A DNA stretch of 63,487 nt, the filler included, from Thraustochytrium aureum (lineage: Eukaryota): NCBI GenBank assembly GCA_012862495.1. It is 4 parts of 2 records of this genome, joined end to end, with 100 filler letters (N's around TTAATTAATTAA, not from the genome) between each part and the next. Parts side by side here need not be neighbours in the genome. Positions count along the whole stretch, not along the records: positions 1 to 25,198 come from BLSG01000180.1; 3 more parts are not named here. The stretch is one strand, 5' to 3'. Shown in pieces: positions 12,482 to 23,079 of the stretch (positions within the stretch are counted from its first letter, which is position 1; each line of letters starts with the position of its first letter). Under the pieces are notes generated by a model. It had not been told where the DNA came from. It worked only from the letters and a program-made list of their open reading frames with translations, and ran no database searches. A program made the position numbers and the translations under genes.

Positions 12482-13540
12482 CTACAGTTTGCTCTTCCCA
12501 TGCTCGTCCCAGTTGCCTTCATCAAAGCCCATCCCCTGAAAGTTGGACTCGTCACGAAGCGCGTTGAAAGCTTCGGCGTAGGTGTTTTGCTTGATCTTGG
12601 CCATCGTTTCGCGGTACTTTGGTCCCTGAAACCGGTGCTTGTCCGTCAGTCGCACAGCGTGCTCGACGGCCATTGGCACGACATCGTTCGCGTGGCAGGT
12701 GCTGTGCACGACGTGGTCGCGCTCGAGGTCCTTGGCCGTATACTTGTTGCCGAACACGATCATGTCATTGTGGTAGTGGACAGGCGTTTTCGCCTTGAGC
12801 AACGCGGTCATGCCCGGGCTGTACACCAAACCCAAGTCGATGCCCGGCACGAAGAACAGTCCTCGCTCCGCATTCATGACCCGGAAGTCAAAGGTGAGCC
12901 CCAACATGGCGCCCGCCGCGCAAAAATGCCCATTGATGGCTGCGATCGTAGGCATTGGAAAGCACAACAGGCGGGCCATGAGCTTTTCCGCGTCCAGCTG
13001 CAGGGCGTCCGCCTCCCGAGGGTTGGCGTCGAGCCACTTGAGATCCATGCCGTTTGAAAAAAACTTGCCCTCGCCGGTGACAACGACGGCGCACACCTCC
13101 GGGGACTCTAGCGCCAGGTCCAGGGCCTTGTTGATGGCTCCGACGAGGACTGGGTTAATCCGGTGCTCGCAGATGCGCGTGCCCCACGGGAAGGTTTCGT
13201 TGGCATCTTGGCACAGTAGCGTGACCAGCGCGATTCGCTCCTGCAGAATATCCACCCTGAGGACCTCATCCAAGTTCACGGCCTTGGCGCCGTCGCCGTG
13301 CACGATTTCTCTTTGGAAGCGCTTCGACATGACCACTTCCCGCCCTGGCACCGTCACCTGGACGTCCTGCGGGTTGCCGCTGACAAGCCCTTCGCTAATC
13401 AAGTACTTTTGCTTTTTCATGCAGCTTCCCATAGGCCCGCCTTCGCCCGCGTCCGCCTCACGGTCGGCGCGACCGTCCTCGCGGCCCCGCGCCAGACCCA
13501 GCACTAGGGCACCCAAAATCGCCGCAAAACGCAAGCGCAT
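12482..13540 (-). CDS. Enoyl-CoA hydratase/isomerase (delta3,delta2-enoyl-CoA isomerase-like) with peroxisomal PTS1 -SKL; true start may be 13432
   Basis: Crotonase motifs VTGEGKFFSNGMDL and PMPTIAAINGHFCAAG; C-terminus GKSKL*. Confidence 0.9.
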   Translation of the reverse strand: MRLRFAAILGALVLGLARGREDGRADREADAGEGGPMGSCMKKQKYLISEGLVSGNPQDVQVTVPGREVVMSKRFQREIVHGDGAKAVNLDEVLRVDILQERIALVTLLCQDANETFPWGTRICEHRINPVLVGAINKALDLALESPEVCAVVVTGEGKFFSNGMDLKWLDANPREADALQLDAEKLMARLLCFPMPTIAAINGHFCAAGAMLGLTFDFRVMNAERGLFFVPGIDLGLVYSPGMTALLKAKTPVHYHNDMIVFGNKYTAKDLERDHVVHSTCHANDVVPMAVEHAVRLTDKHRFQGPKYRETMAKIKQNTYAEAFNALRDESNFQGMGFDEGNWDEHGKSKL

Positions 13541-14414
13541 GCACAGCGACGGAGCTCAGGCCTCTCTGGCTAGAAACGTATTCGCGCTCGCAGACGCCTG
13601 GACCCCTTCGTCGAGCTGCTCCCGCGGCTCTGGCGTGACTGCGGCTTTTCGCGCGCCGTGAGTTGTGTGAACGCTCGTGTTCCTGTTCGCAAGCAGGGCC
13701 AGAATTCTGCCAGACACTGTGTCAACCGTGTCAGTTGTTGGACGAGTGCGTTCGATTTTCCTGCGCGATGGCGGCGGCGCGCGTCGCTGGCACCAGCAGG
13801 GACGCATGTCGGCCTCAGTGCGCTCCTCGAGCGCCCTGGAGCGCTGGCCTGCGGCTGCCTGGGGCCTGAGATGCGCCATTCCGACGTTTGCAGGAGGTAA
13901 CGAGGTGCGTCTCGGCGTGCGTACCCCTAGGCTTGCATCCCACCCCGCTCGAATCAGATAGAGCAGCAGCCCCAAGCCGAGCCGACCGCAGCCCGAGCGA
14001 GCAGCAGCATTGAGGCAGGCAGGCCACGCGAGTGGCGTTATGCGACAAGCGCGAACCGCGCGGCGCGACATCGAGCTGGCGGCCGGCCACCGCGGCTCGC
14101 GAGCTCCCCGGCGTACCCCGAGCCACTACTCTCTCGTCCAGTGAGCCGGCGATCGCGCGAGCTCGGCCCGACCAGCCAGCCATGTGGCGGGCAAGCGGCC
14201 CAAGCCCAGGTCGGCCCCAACATCCCACCTCCCCGAGGACAAACCAACGGATAGTCCTCGAACTCGAACCCGATGCAAAACCCTTGCGCCGCCTACTGAC
14301 ACACGGCCAGTAGAGCTCGATCAGTGCGGCGCAGCAGTGCAGCAGGCGGTCTCTGGCGCGGCGGACGGGCTGTACAGACGAAGGCTTTGGCCATTCTCGT
14401 CCGCGGCGTCGAGG

Positions 14415-17400
14415 ATGAAGGCGGCAAGCCGTCAAAAATGCGGCGCTGACGGCTTGCGAAGCGGCGCCGCGACGGGAGCCATGGAGCGCCTCGCACGAGT
14501 CAGAGAAAAGTATGCAGCGAGGCTCGGTGCTGAGTGCCACGGCCGGCCACATGTAGAGGTCGAGAGCAAGCTCGACGAGCTTGAGGGCAGGCTCGACGAG
14601 TTCGCCAAGCTGAAAATGGCAGAGAACAGCGCCTCGGCGCGGGCTGAGGCGCAACGCAAGGAAGAGGCCAGACGTAGCGAGCAGCAGGATCGATTGGCAC
14701 TTGAGGCAGCACTCGATGAGGCCACGCAAAAAGTGGAGGCGCTGCGCGAATGTCTAGCCAAGTCCAAGGAACAGGCCGCCGCTGCCGCGGCAGAGCAGGC
14801 TGCCGCTGTGGCGGCCGCTGAGCTGGTGGCCGCCGAGGAAACCTCAAAGCGCGAGGCCGCCGAAGAATGCGTATTGCGAGCCCAAGCTGAGTCTGCCTCG
14901 GCCCAGGTCGCCGCGGAGGCTGCGAGGGCGGCCGCCAAAGCGATTGAGGAGGAGCGCCAAAGCGCGGCGGACGAAGCAAGGCAAAACGCCCTCCGCGCTC
15001 AAGCCGCCGAGGCCCAAGCAAGGGGCTTGCGGTGCGAAGTGTGGGCCAAGGCAACCTCACTTCAAGAAGGCCTGAAGGTTCTAGACGGGGCGAGCTTTCT
15101 GCAGGTTGAGGGCGCAGAGGGCCCCGAGCGCGTCCTCGGACGCGCCCTTCAGCGCGTTGTTCCAGTTAATGCAGTGCGCATATTCTACAGCGACTCTGAG
15201 CGCAACGAGACATGGCACACGGAGGTCGACGCCTTGACTGGAGCGTCCGTGCGCGTTGCAGTTGCAAGGAAGAGTGGCCAACATCTCGCCGCGGCGAGCG
15301 GGCGCACCTGGTTCTCGACCGACGGAAGCAAGGCAAGCGAGTTAAACTCTGGCAAATGCAGATACATGTATTTGCCGATCGCGTTCGCCGGCCAGCACGG
15401 CCTGTCTGCTGTGGCGGAGTTGACTGACAAGCAAGATGGCACCGTCTTTGAAGCCAAGGACCAAGCTCTGGCCGAGTTCTTCTGCTCCAAGTTTGCGAGC
15501 CCGTATCTGGCGTCTCGTTGGGAGCGCGCTTCGCTGCAGCGACGGCTGGGCGAGTTTCGCGACCTGTTGGATACTATCCCGCGCCGTGCGGAAGCGTTTT
15601 GCGCGATGACCGCGCCCCGGCCTGAGAGCACAGTTGCAAGCGCCTTAGAGGGCGCAATTGCGGCCGTTTTTGGCGCCGAATGCGCGCAGCTGCGTGCCGG
15701 AGGCCCTGCGGCGAGCTGGCAAATATCCCTTGAGCGCGAGGGCCTCGAGCCGAGCGAGGTCGAGGCGCTCCTGCTGCGCTCGTTCGTGGACCCTCTGTTG
15801 CGGTGTATCGGCAAAGAGGTGCTTGAGGCTGAGGTGGTGAGACCAGGTTGCTCCGCCAAGCGGGACGTCCGAAACGTGACGACCTCACAAGCGGCCAGGT
15901 CACCGTTGAGCCCAAAGTGGCGCAAAGTGTTGGACACCGTCATGCGGCCGCAGCGCACTCAGCACCGGGAGGTCGCAGGGTTCGGTACGGCCGACCAAGT
16001 GAGGGACCCCAACACAAGGCGTGTTGGCACTGTCGATAAAGCGCAGCCCGTCCCCGAGAGCGTGGCGCCCAACTTGCTCGAATCGCAAGTGGCTGGCTTG
16101 AGCCTGCTCGGACGGGCTTCAAAGAAGCGCGAGATTGAGGCGAAAGAGCTCGATGTCGTCGAGGAGTCAAAGGCGCGCGACGTCCCAGAACGGCAGAGTG
16201 CGGATGGCGATTTTGACGCTGCGAGTGTGGTCAGCGGCCGCACGGCACAGTTGAGGCCCCCTNNNNNNNNNNNNNNNNNNNNNNNNNNNNNNNNNNNNNN
16301 NNNNNNNNNNNNNNNNNNNNNNNNNNNNNNNNNNNNNNNNNNNNNNNNNNNNNNNNNNNNNNNNNNNNNNNNNNNNNNNNNNNNNNNNNNNNNNNNNNNN
16401 NNNNNNNNNNNNNNNNNNNNNNNNNNNNNNNNNNNNNNNCGTCAGCTTGCGTGTGCCTTGGAGTCTGTTGTCGCGGAGCGCGTGGGCTGTGCGCTCGTCT
16501 GGCTCGCCCTTCACTCGAACGCTCCCCGCTCCGCCCGACTGGACCTGTTTTCAAGTCGGATCCAGGCTGCCAATGAGGCGACCCAAGTTGACGCCGACGC
16601 CGGCGTTGAAGGCGCCGTGCTCGGGAGCGGCGGTCGGCCCTTGTGGTGAATGACCGGGACGCCGAAACACTGGTCAATTCGGCCGTGGAGTCTGCGCTCG
16701 GCGAGACGTTGTACAATGTGGTTGGGGTGGCGGTCCGCGATCCCGAGAGCGGGGCAGTTCGTGGCGTGCTTTGCGCGGGCAACAAGCCCGGGGGGCTGGA
16801 CGAGACTGATGTCGCGGCTTTGGAGCGCTTGTCGGCGTCATTTGCCGGCCCGCTTCTACACCTTGTGGCCGTCCACGCGAAGGCGGTTGAGGGGCAGCAG
16901 GTTGACGTTCTCGACGCGAGGCGGGAGAGGGACAGACTGGCGGAGCTCGTGGCTCGCCTGCGCGAAGAGCTCAAGGCGGCGGCATCGGGAACTAGCAAAG
17001 CCGAAGCCGAACTCGAGGCCTGCAGGCGGGAGCTAAACACTGCCACAACCAGCGAGTCGGAGGCGCTGCGTCGGCTTGAACTGGCTGAAGGACGCTGTGC
17101 GCGTGTACAGAGAGACTTGGAGCGCGCACAGGTAGAGCGAGGGGACGTTTCGCGATGCCTGCGCAGCTGCACGAACGGCTTGCTCTGACGCCGAGTCTGA
17201 GCTCGCGCATCGGCAGGCGCGGATCGCTCAGCTCGAACAGGACGTCGCGCGCGCCTTGGAGCAAGTCGCCGAGCTTCGTAGCGCACTGGCGAGCACAGAG
17301 CCTGCGCTTGAGCGTGCCAAAGAGGACCTGTCCAGGGCCGAGGCGGCGCAGCGCCGCGCGACGCGCAAGCTGCCCGGCTGAGAGACGAGGCGGAGCTCGC

Positions 17401-18161
17401 GGGGCGCCAAGCCGTCGACGCGGGCGCAGCGCTGCGTCTTGCCGAAGACGAGGCGAGCCGTCTCCGTGCTGCCGAGGAGCAGGCCCGGGAGGCGCGCGAC
17501 TAGCCGTTTGGGAGAGGGACACTGCGGCGAGCGAGGCAGCTCGAGCGAGCGAGAACGAGACCAAGTGCCGCGCGGAGCTAGTTGAGATGGTATCGGCCCT
17601 GACGGGGCCAAGCAGCGCGCTGAGGCCGCGCTCGCGGAGTCGGCCAGGCTGCAGTCTGTCGTTACCGAGTTACGAGAAGCCCACCTGGCCGCGCGCGAGG
17701 CCGCGGTTCGGCTCGAGTGCGACCTCACGGTTGCCCGCCAGGCCGGGACAGCGGAGCTGCGCCAAGCCGAGGCTTCGCTTGAGCGGGCGCGGGAGCGCGC
17801 CGGCGAGTTGCAAAGCGAGCTGCTTTTGCAGCACAATGAACGCGCACTGCTGCAGGAGCGAGTCTCGGACGCTCTGGGTCGCTTGGGCGAGGCTGAGCGT
17901 CGCTTGGGCGAGGCAGAGCTCGAGCTTGCGAACGAAAGGGAGCGGCGCAGATCCCGCGCGGCCAAGAAAATGCGCGTTGCGGAGCCTGCTCGGGGCCTGG
18001 TTATGTCGTTTGAGCGCTCCGGGGCAGTTTGCGTCAGCCCGAGCGGCCGCCGCGGGTCCCGCCGTCCAGTAGTTGTTGTCAAAGGCGGCGCAGTCCCACT
18101 GGGCAGCAGATCGGGCGCTCCAAGAGCACGAGCGCGCACACGAGCAACGATTCTCGGGTAA
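14415..18161 (+). CDS. Large coiled-coil protein with two GAF-like domains; one gap and several frameshifts; boundaries approximate
   Basis: GAF1: YMYLPIAFAGQHGLSAVAELTDKQDGTVFEAKDQALAEFFC. GAF2: NVVGVAVRDPESGAVRGVLCAGNKPGGLDETDVAALERL (NK...DE-like motif). Flanked by long A/E/R-rich heptads in ORFs 14184, 16643 and 17808. Confidence 0.6.
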
Positions 18162-18245
18162 GCGGTTGCGCATTGAACTGCGAGAGCACGAGCGCGCACA
18201 CGAGCAGCGATTCTCGGGAAAGCGGTAGCGCATTGAACGTGCGAG
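18123..18245. repeat. About 60-bp tandem duplication (2 copies)
   Basis: AGAGCACGAGCGCGCACACGAGCARCGATTCTCGGGWAAGCGGTWGCGCATTGAAC at 18123 and 18183. Confidence 0.85.
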
Positions 18246-18566
18246 TGTGGCATCGTGAGGGGTGGCGGACGAGCGAGTGTGACTTTCGGCTTTCAAGATC
18301 GGCAAGTTTACGGACGTGTGGTCCCAAGTGCCATTCGCCACATTCTGCGTCATCTGGGAATAGTCTGGGACCTCTCCAGCGGCGGCATCGTGATGATCTG
18401 GGCGCAGAGGAACGACCAAGCTGGCGCTGGCAATGCGGGTATTCTGCGGGCCACCGAAAACGATGGCTGTCGGAAGGGAGTGACGAACGAACGAGTTTGC
18501 TTTTTCGGATTTTCAGTTCAAAGAAACAATGGTCATTGCCTTGCCTGTGATGGGAGCGCTGCGTCT

Positions 18567-19346
18567 CTACACGTACTTGAGGCCCGGGCTTGCTGTGCCG
18601 CTGAGCGCGCCAGCCTGCTGCTGCTGCACCTTCTTGCGGTACTCCTTGTCGTAGTCGACGCGGTTCGAGCAGATGAGCACGCAGGTGGAGACGACAGAGA
18701 GCAGCAGAATGACGGAGAGCACGATGAGCGAGATGCCGATCGGCAGCAGGTTGGACTCCAGGTAGGCGGAAAACTCGGCGAGGAAGAACTCAGCGGAGAC
18801 GCAGGCCGACGGGAGCACGCCGCCCTCCGTGAGGGAGGTGCAGAGCTCGCTCGGGATATCCAGCTTATCATAGGCGGCGCGGTCGTTGATGCACGCGCCG
18901 CTGGCGCTGGGGCAGTCGGGCACGGCCGTGCTGTTTGCGCAGCACGTCGAGAAAACGGCCAGCTGAAAGTCGTTGATTGTCTGCTGGCCCTCGTCGACGA
19001 GGGCAGCAGAGTTGCCGAGCGACACGTCGTCCAGGATCCCGACCTGCAGCATGAACGCCACACCGAGGCCGAGGACGGCGAGAGTGAAGGCGGTGATGAC
19101 GACCCAGTACACCATCAGCATGCACTTGCTCTGGTACCCGGCGGCGACGCAGCCGAACACGCCAAACAGGAAGATGATCGCGCCAGCCGCCAGCACGCCA
19201 TACGGAAGGAAGGTGTTGACCGCCTCGAGCGTGGCCTTGAACTCGAGGAGCCCGTACACGCCAGCGCCGACCACGCCGAGCCCGATCACGGAGATCAGCC
19301 CGTTCAGCCCCTTCAAAAACATGCGCGACGTGTCCTTGCACACCAT
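18567..19346 (-). CDS. Tetraspanin family protein
   Basis: Four TM helices; FGVFGCVAAGYQSKCML after TM2; large extracellular loop with CC plus further Cys; short cytoplasmic tail. Confidence 0.88.
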   Translation of the reverse strand: MVCKDTSRMFLKGLNGLISVIGLGVVGAGVYGLLEFKATLEAVNTFLPYGVLAAGAIIFLFGVFGCVAAGYQSKCMLMVYWVVITAFTLAVLGLGVAFMLQVGILDDVSLGNSAALVDEGQQTINDFQLAVFSTCCANSTAVPDCPSASGACINDRAAYDKLDIPSELCTSLTEGGVLPSACVSAEFFLAEFSAYLESNLLPIGISLIVLSVILLLSVVSTCVLICSNRVDYDKEYRKKVQQQQAGALSGTASPGLKYV

Positions 19347-20581
19347 CTTCTCAGGCCAGTCTCCTCGGCAAGCTCCCCGCGTGTCCTGTGCCTTGCGCTC
19401 GACCGGATCGTCACCTGCAAAACCGCTACAGCAAGCACGAGCACAGATGGGGACTGCCCAGTCGCCGCGTGCAGGTCGCAGAAGATGATAGGCAGCCGCC
19501 CGCCACTTGTGTCCAACAACTTTGAAACCCCAAAACAACCNNNNNNNNNNNNNNNNNNNNNNNNNNNNNNNNNNNNNNNNNNNNNNNNNNNNNNNNNNNN
19601 NNNNNNNNNNNNNNNNNNNNNNNNNNNNNNNNNNNNNNNNNNNNNNNNNNNNNNNNNNNNNNNNNNNNNNNNNNNNNNNNNNNNNNNNNNNNNNNNNNNN
19701 NNNNNNNNNNNNNNNNNNNNNNNNNNNNNNNNNNNNNNNNNAAAAACCAAAAGCCTGCTCGAAAAACTCGCTCAACTCGTTCAATTTGGCCACTGAGGCT
19801 CACTCGTTCATCATCGAAACAAGAAGCGCCGCACGCACGCGTGTTGGGGAGGTCACGGGAGGAGTGAGTAGGTAGGTAGGAGCAGCCGCGTTGCCAGTGC
19901 ACAGGCCCGGAGAGCGTGAGAGCGAGTGTGCGACACAGCCCCTTGCAGCGATCAGAACAGGTGAGTGGGCTGAGATGCATCTTCAAGTTCGCCGACAGGT
20001 TAGGAAGGATTCCAATTTCCAATTTCCAAGAGCATGGAAGTATGGAAGGAAGGAACGCCGAAGCCAGCTGAACGCCTCCCTGCTTGCTCGTGGGCCGGCC
20101 ACTTTTCCGCGCGTTTAAGAGGCCAGGTGGGCTCGCCGCCCACCTCCGCTGCTTGCTGCCAGGTCGGAGCGGTGCGAACTGCGCGGGTAAAGTGGCCGCG
20201 CTGGCTCGCTCGCATCTGTTCTGTAAGGAGCGCACTCCCCCCCCTTTCTCTCTCTCTCTTTCTCACTCTCTCTCGCGGGACACCTGCACACGCGAGTCCG
20301 GTGCGAGAGCGCGCCGGTCTGCTGTCACCGCAACCGGCGCACGCGGGCTCGCTCCGACGAACAATGGATCAGCGCTTTGTTCGCCGCAGGGGGCCAGGGG
20401 AGCACGCTGCTCGCCGGCAGCTACGGTACGATTCACGGCAAATGTGCGATCGCTGTTTTTTAGGCGGTCGCTGATTTCGCTGTTTTTACCTTTCGTCGGC
20501 GTCGGCCATCGTGGCTGTTGCTCGCGCAACTCGAGGGAGAAAGCCAAGTGCCAATTGGAAGCGCGCGCTCGTGCACCCTGA

Positions 20582-20599
20582 GCAGCAGCAGCAGCAGCA

Positions 20600-20630
<31 letters not shown>
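20582..20630. repeat. (GCA)n(GCG)n compound microsatellite
   Basis: Read directly. Confidence 0.9.
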
Positions 20631-20631
<1 letters not shown>

Positions 20632-20821
20632 TGTTGTTGTTGGCGCAGGAGCGGATCGAGCCGCGACGGCCTCTGCGGCCCTGGTTGCCTGCCTCGGTAT
20701 CGGCTGGTTGTTGGGCTGGAGCAGCGCAGGTCGGGCTCGTGCGTGCACGCGACTCCGGCTCGTGGCCTCGCGCAACTAGCTAGAGCGGGCGGGCCAGGGT
20801 GGCAGACGCGGACGATCGACC

Positions 20822-22828
20822 ATGTTCAGACGCAGCGTGCAGAGAGGCAACTCGGCGGAGAGGCTTGCGCCGGTGGAAAGGCGCAAGTCGTGGCGCGTCG
20901 GGGACGGGCTCGCGTGGACAAGGCACCTGAAGCGGCTCTCGTTCAGGCGCGGGGAGAGCGACTGCGCCAACCAAGATGTCAGGTTCGAAACCGTCTCGCT
21001 TGCCTGGCTCGAAAGCCTGCGCAAGAGGCTGGAGGCTGGCGACGAGGCACCGGGCGTCAACCTGGTCAAGATCGAGGGCGTCGACAGCACGGCCTGGGTG
21101 CTCGACGAGAGCCGCAGCAAGGGCATCGCGCGGGTCGCGCTAGCCGGCTGCAACGGATCGAGCACCAAAATCGACGTCGCACGAGACAAGCTTGAGCAAA
21201 AGTCGCGCAGAAAGTGGACCTTGCGCGACGTCCGTGCCATGGTGCTCGCACCCGTCGCGCGCAGAATGAGCCAAACCTTCATCACAGGCACGCTGAACAA
21301 CGGCGAGGGCACCGGGCCGCCTTACCGCGGCGCAATGGTGAGCGCTCCAGAGACGGCAGAGTTTGGCGCCCTCGTAGACGCACTCGCAGGCCACGCCAAG
21401 CGGGCGGGAGACACGAGCAACGGGGAGAACTGGTTCGTCTGGCTGCGCTGCATCGGCGAGTCAGTCGTGCCGGAGGACGGGGAGCCCGACCCGGAAGGCG
21501 AGGCTTCACAAGCGCACTCGCACATCCGCCAAGTGGCGCGGGCTGTGGGCGAGGCCGCGGCGCGGTTCACTGAGCGCCTGGTGTTCTTCGAGTCGTGGGA
21601 CGACCCCTCCGCTCTCCGCGCGATCGACTGCGTGCTTGACCTCTACCTGTTCGTCAAGAGCGGCAGCGGGTTTGAGGTTCTCACCACTGACCGCGAGCGC
21701 GAGCGCTTTGCGACCTCGGCGCTGCGGCAAACGGACTTGGCTGCCACCGTGCACGGCGTGCCAGCGCTCGGCCCGAACACCAGCAGCGCCGGCGCCGCCG
21801 GGAGCGGCGAAGCGGCGGCCCGCTCGGCGTTTGTGCACCAAGAGATCGAGGTGCGCCTCCCCGGTTCTCACACGGCGCTCAACGCTTTGATCGTGGCCCG
21901 CGTGCGCGCATGGATGAGCCGCGTCGCTCTCGAGACGGCCAACGCGGAGCGCGCGGCGAACCGGACGCGCTCGGACAAGCACGAGCAGCTCTCGTTCGCG
22001 GCGCTCCTCAACAACTGCGGCGTGCTGCTCGAGGAGCAGGGCAGCTGGGAGGACTCGCTAGGCGCGTTTGAGGAGTCGCTTTACCTGTTCAAGGTCTGCC
22101 TCGGGGAGAGCGACGCGCAAGTCGCGCTCACGCTCAACCACATGGGGAACGCCTACCTGCGCGAAGGCGACCTGGACAAGAGCCTGGCCATGTACGACGA
22201 GGCGCTCGGCGTTTTGTCGGTTGCCAAGGCTGGCAGCAACGACCTCGCCCTGGCCGATGCAAAGGCCAACTTGGCCCGCGTCCTGCTGGCGCGCAACGAG
22301 CTAGACAAGGCCGCCGACGCCGCGTCTGGCGCACTCGCCATCTTTGAGCGCGAGCTTGGGGCCGACGACGATGCTGTTGGCAACGCCCTCGGGAGCCTCG
22401 CGGACGTTTACGCCGCGCAGGACGACTACGAGGGCGCCCTTGGGGCGCACCAGCGAGCGCTCAACATATTCAAGGCCAAGCACGGGCCTCGCTCGCAGCC
22501 CGTATCAGACACGCTGCGAAGCATGGCTGAGATCTACCACAAGCAGGGTTCCCGCGTCGACGTCGCGCTTGCGTTGTACGACGAGAGTCTGCTCATGGCG
22601 ATCGAAAACCTCGGCGAGGCGCACCCCAAGGTGGCAAGTACCATGTTTGACCTAAGCTGCGTGCTGGCCGAGCAGGGCAAACTACGGGGGGCGCTCGACC
22701 TCGCTGCGCTCGCTCTTACAGTTTTTCGAACTTACCACGGCCCAAAGCACTCGATCACTGCGGCTGTCATTGCGCACCACGACAGCCTCACACGAGCAGT
22801 GTCGTCGTCGGGCATCGCACCTTCTTGA
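20822..22828 (+). CDS. TPR-repeat protein (kinesin light chain/TPR_12-type repeats in the C-terminal part)
   Basis: About 42-aa repeats such as VALTLNHMGNAYLREGDLDKSLAMYDEAL and HPKVASTMFDLSCVLAEQGKLRGAL. Confidence 0.85.
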   Translation: MFRRSVQRGNSAERLAPVERRKSWRVGDGLAWTRHLKRLSFRRGESDCANQDVRFETVSLAWLESLRKRLEAGDEAPGVNLVKIEGVDSTAWVLDESRSKGIARVALAGCNGSSTKIDVARDKLEQKSRRKWTLRDVRAMVLAPVARRMSQTFITGTLNNGEGTGPPYRGAMVSAPETAEFGALVDALAGHAKRAGDTSNGENWFVWLRCIGESVVPEDGEPDPEGEASQAHSHIRQVARAVGEAAARFTERLVFFESWDDPSALRAIDCVLDLYLFVKSGSGFEVLTTDRERERFATSALRQTDLAATVHGVPALGPNTSSAGAAGSGEAAARSAFVHQEIEVRLPGSHTALNALIVARVRAWMSRVALETANAERAANRTRSDKHEQLSFAALLNNCGVLLEEQGSWEDSLGAFEESLYLFKVCLGESDAQVALTLNHMGNAYLREGDLDKSLAMYDEALGVLSVAKAGSNDLALADAKANLARVLLARNELDKAADAASGALAIFERELGADDDAVGNALGSLADVYAAQDDYEGALGAHQRALNIFKAKHGPRSQPVSDTLRSMAEIYHKQGSRVDVALALYDESLLMAIENLGEAHPKVASTMFDLSCVLAEQGKLRGALDLAALALTVFRTYHGPKHSITAAVIAHHDSLTRAVSSSGIAPS

Positions 22829-23079
22829 GCACAAGCGTGAGCCCCGTCGCCGGACTGCGCCTACCTGCAGAGTATCTCAACTCGCTAGCTCTAGCTCGAG
22901 AGCTACAGAGAGGTGATGGAAGGCCTGCGTATCTGCGTGTTGCAGCAGCAACCAAGTACTGATAGAGTCTTTGTGTAGAAATGAACATTGCCAAGCCGAC
23001 TCGTTGCGCCGCCTGTTCTCGCCAACACGGCACCTCGGCCCCTCGTATTTCTTTATTTTGCTCAACTCGCAGGCCGGCT

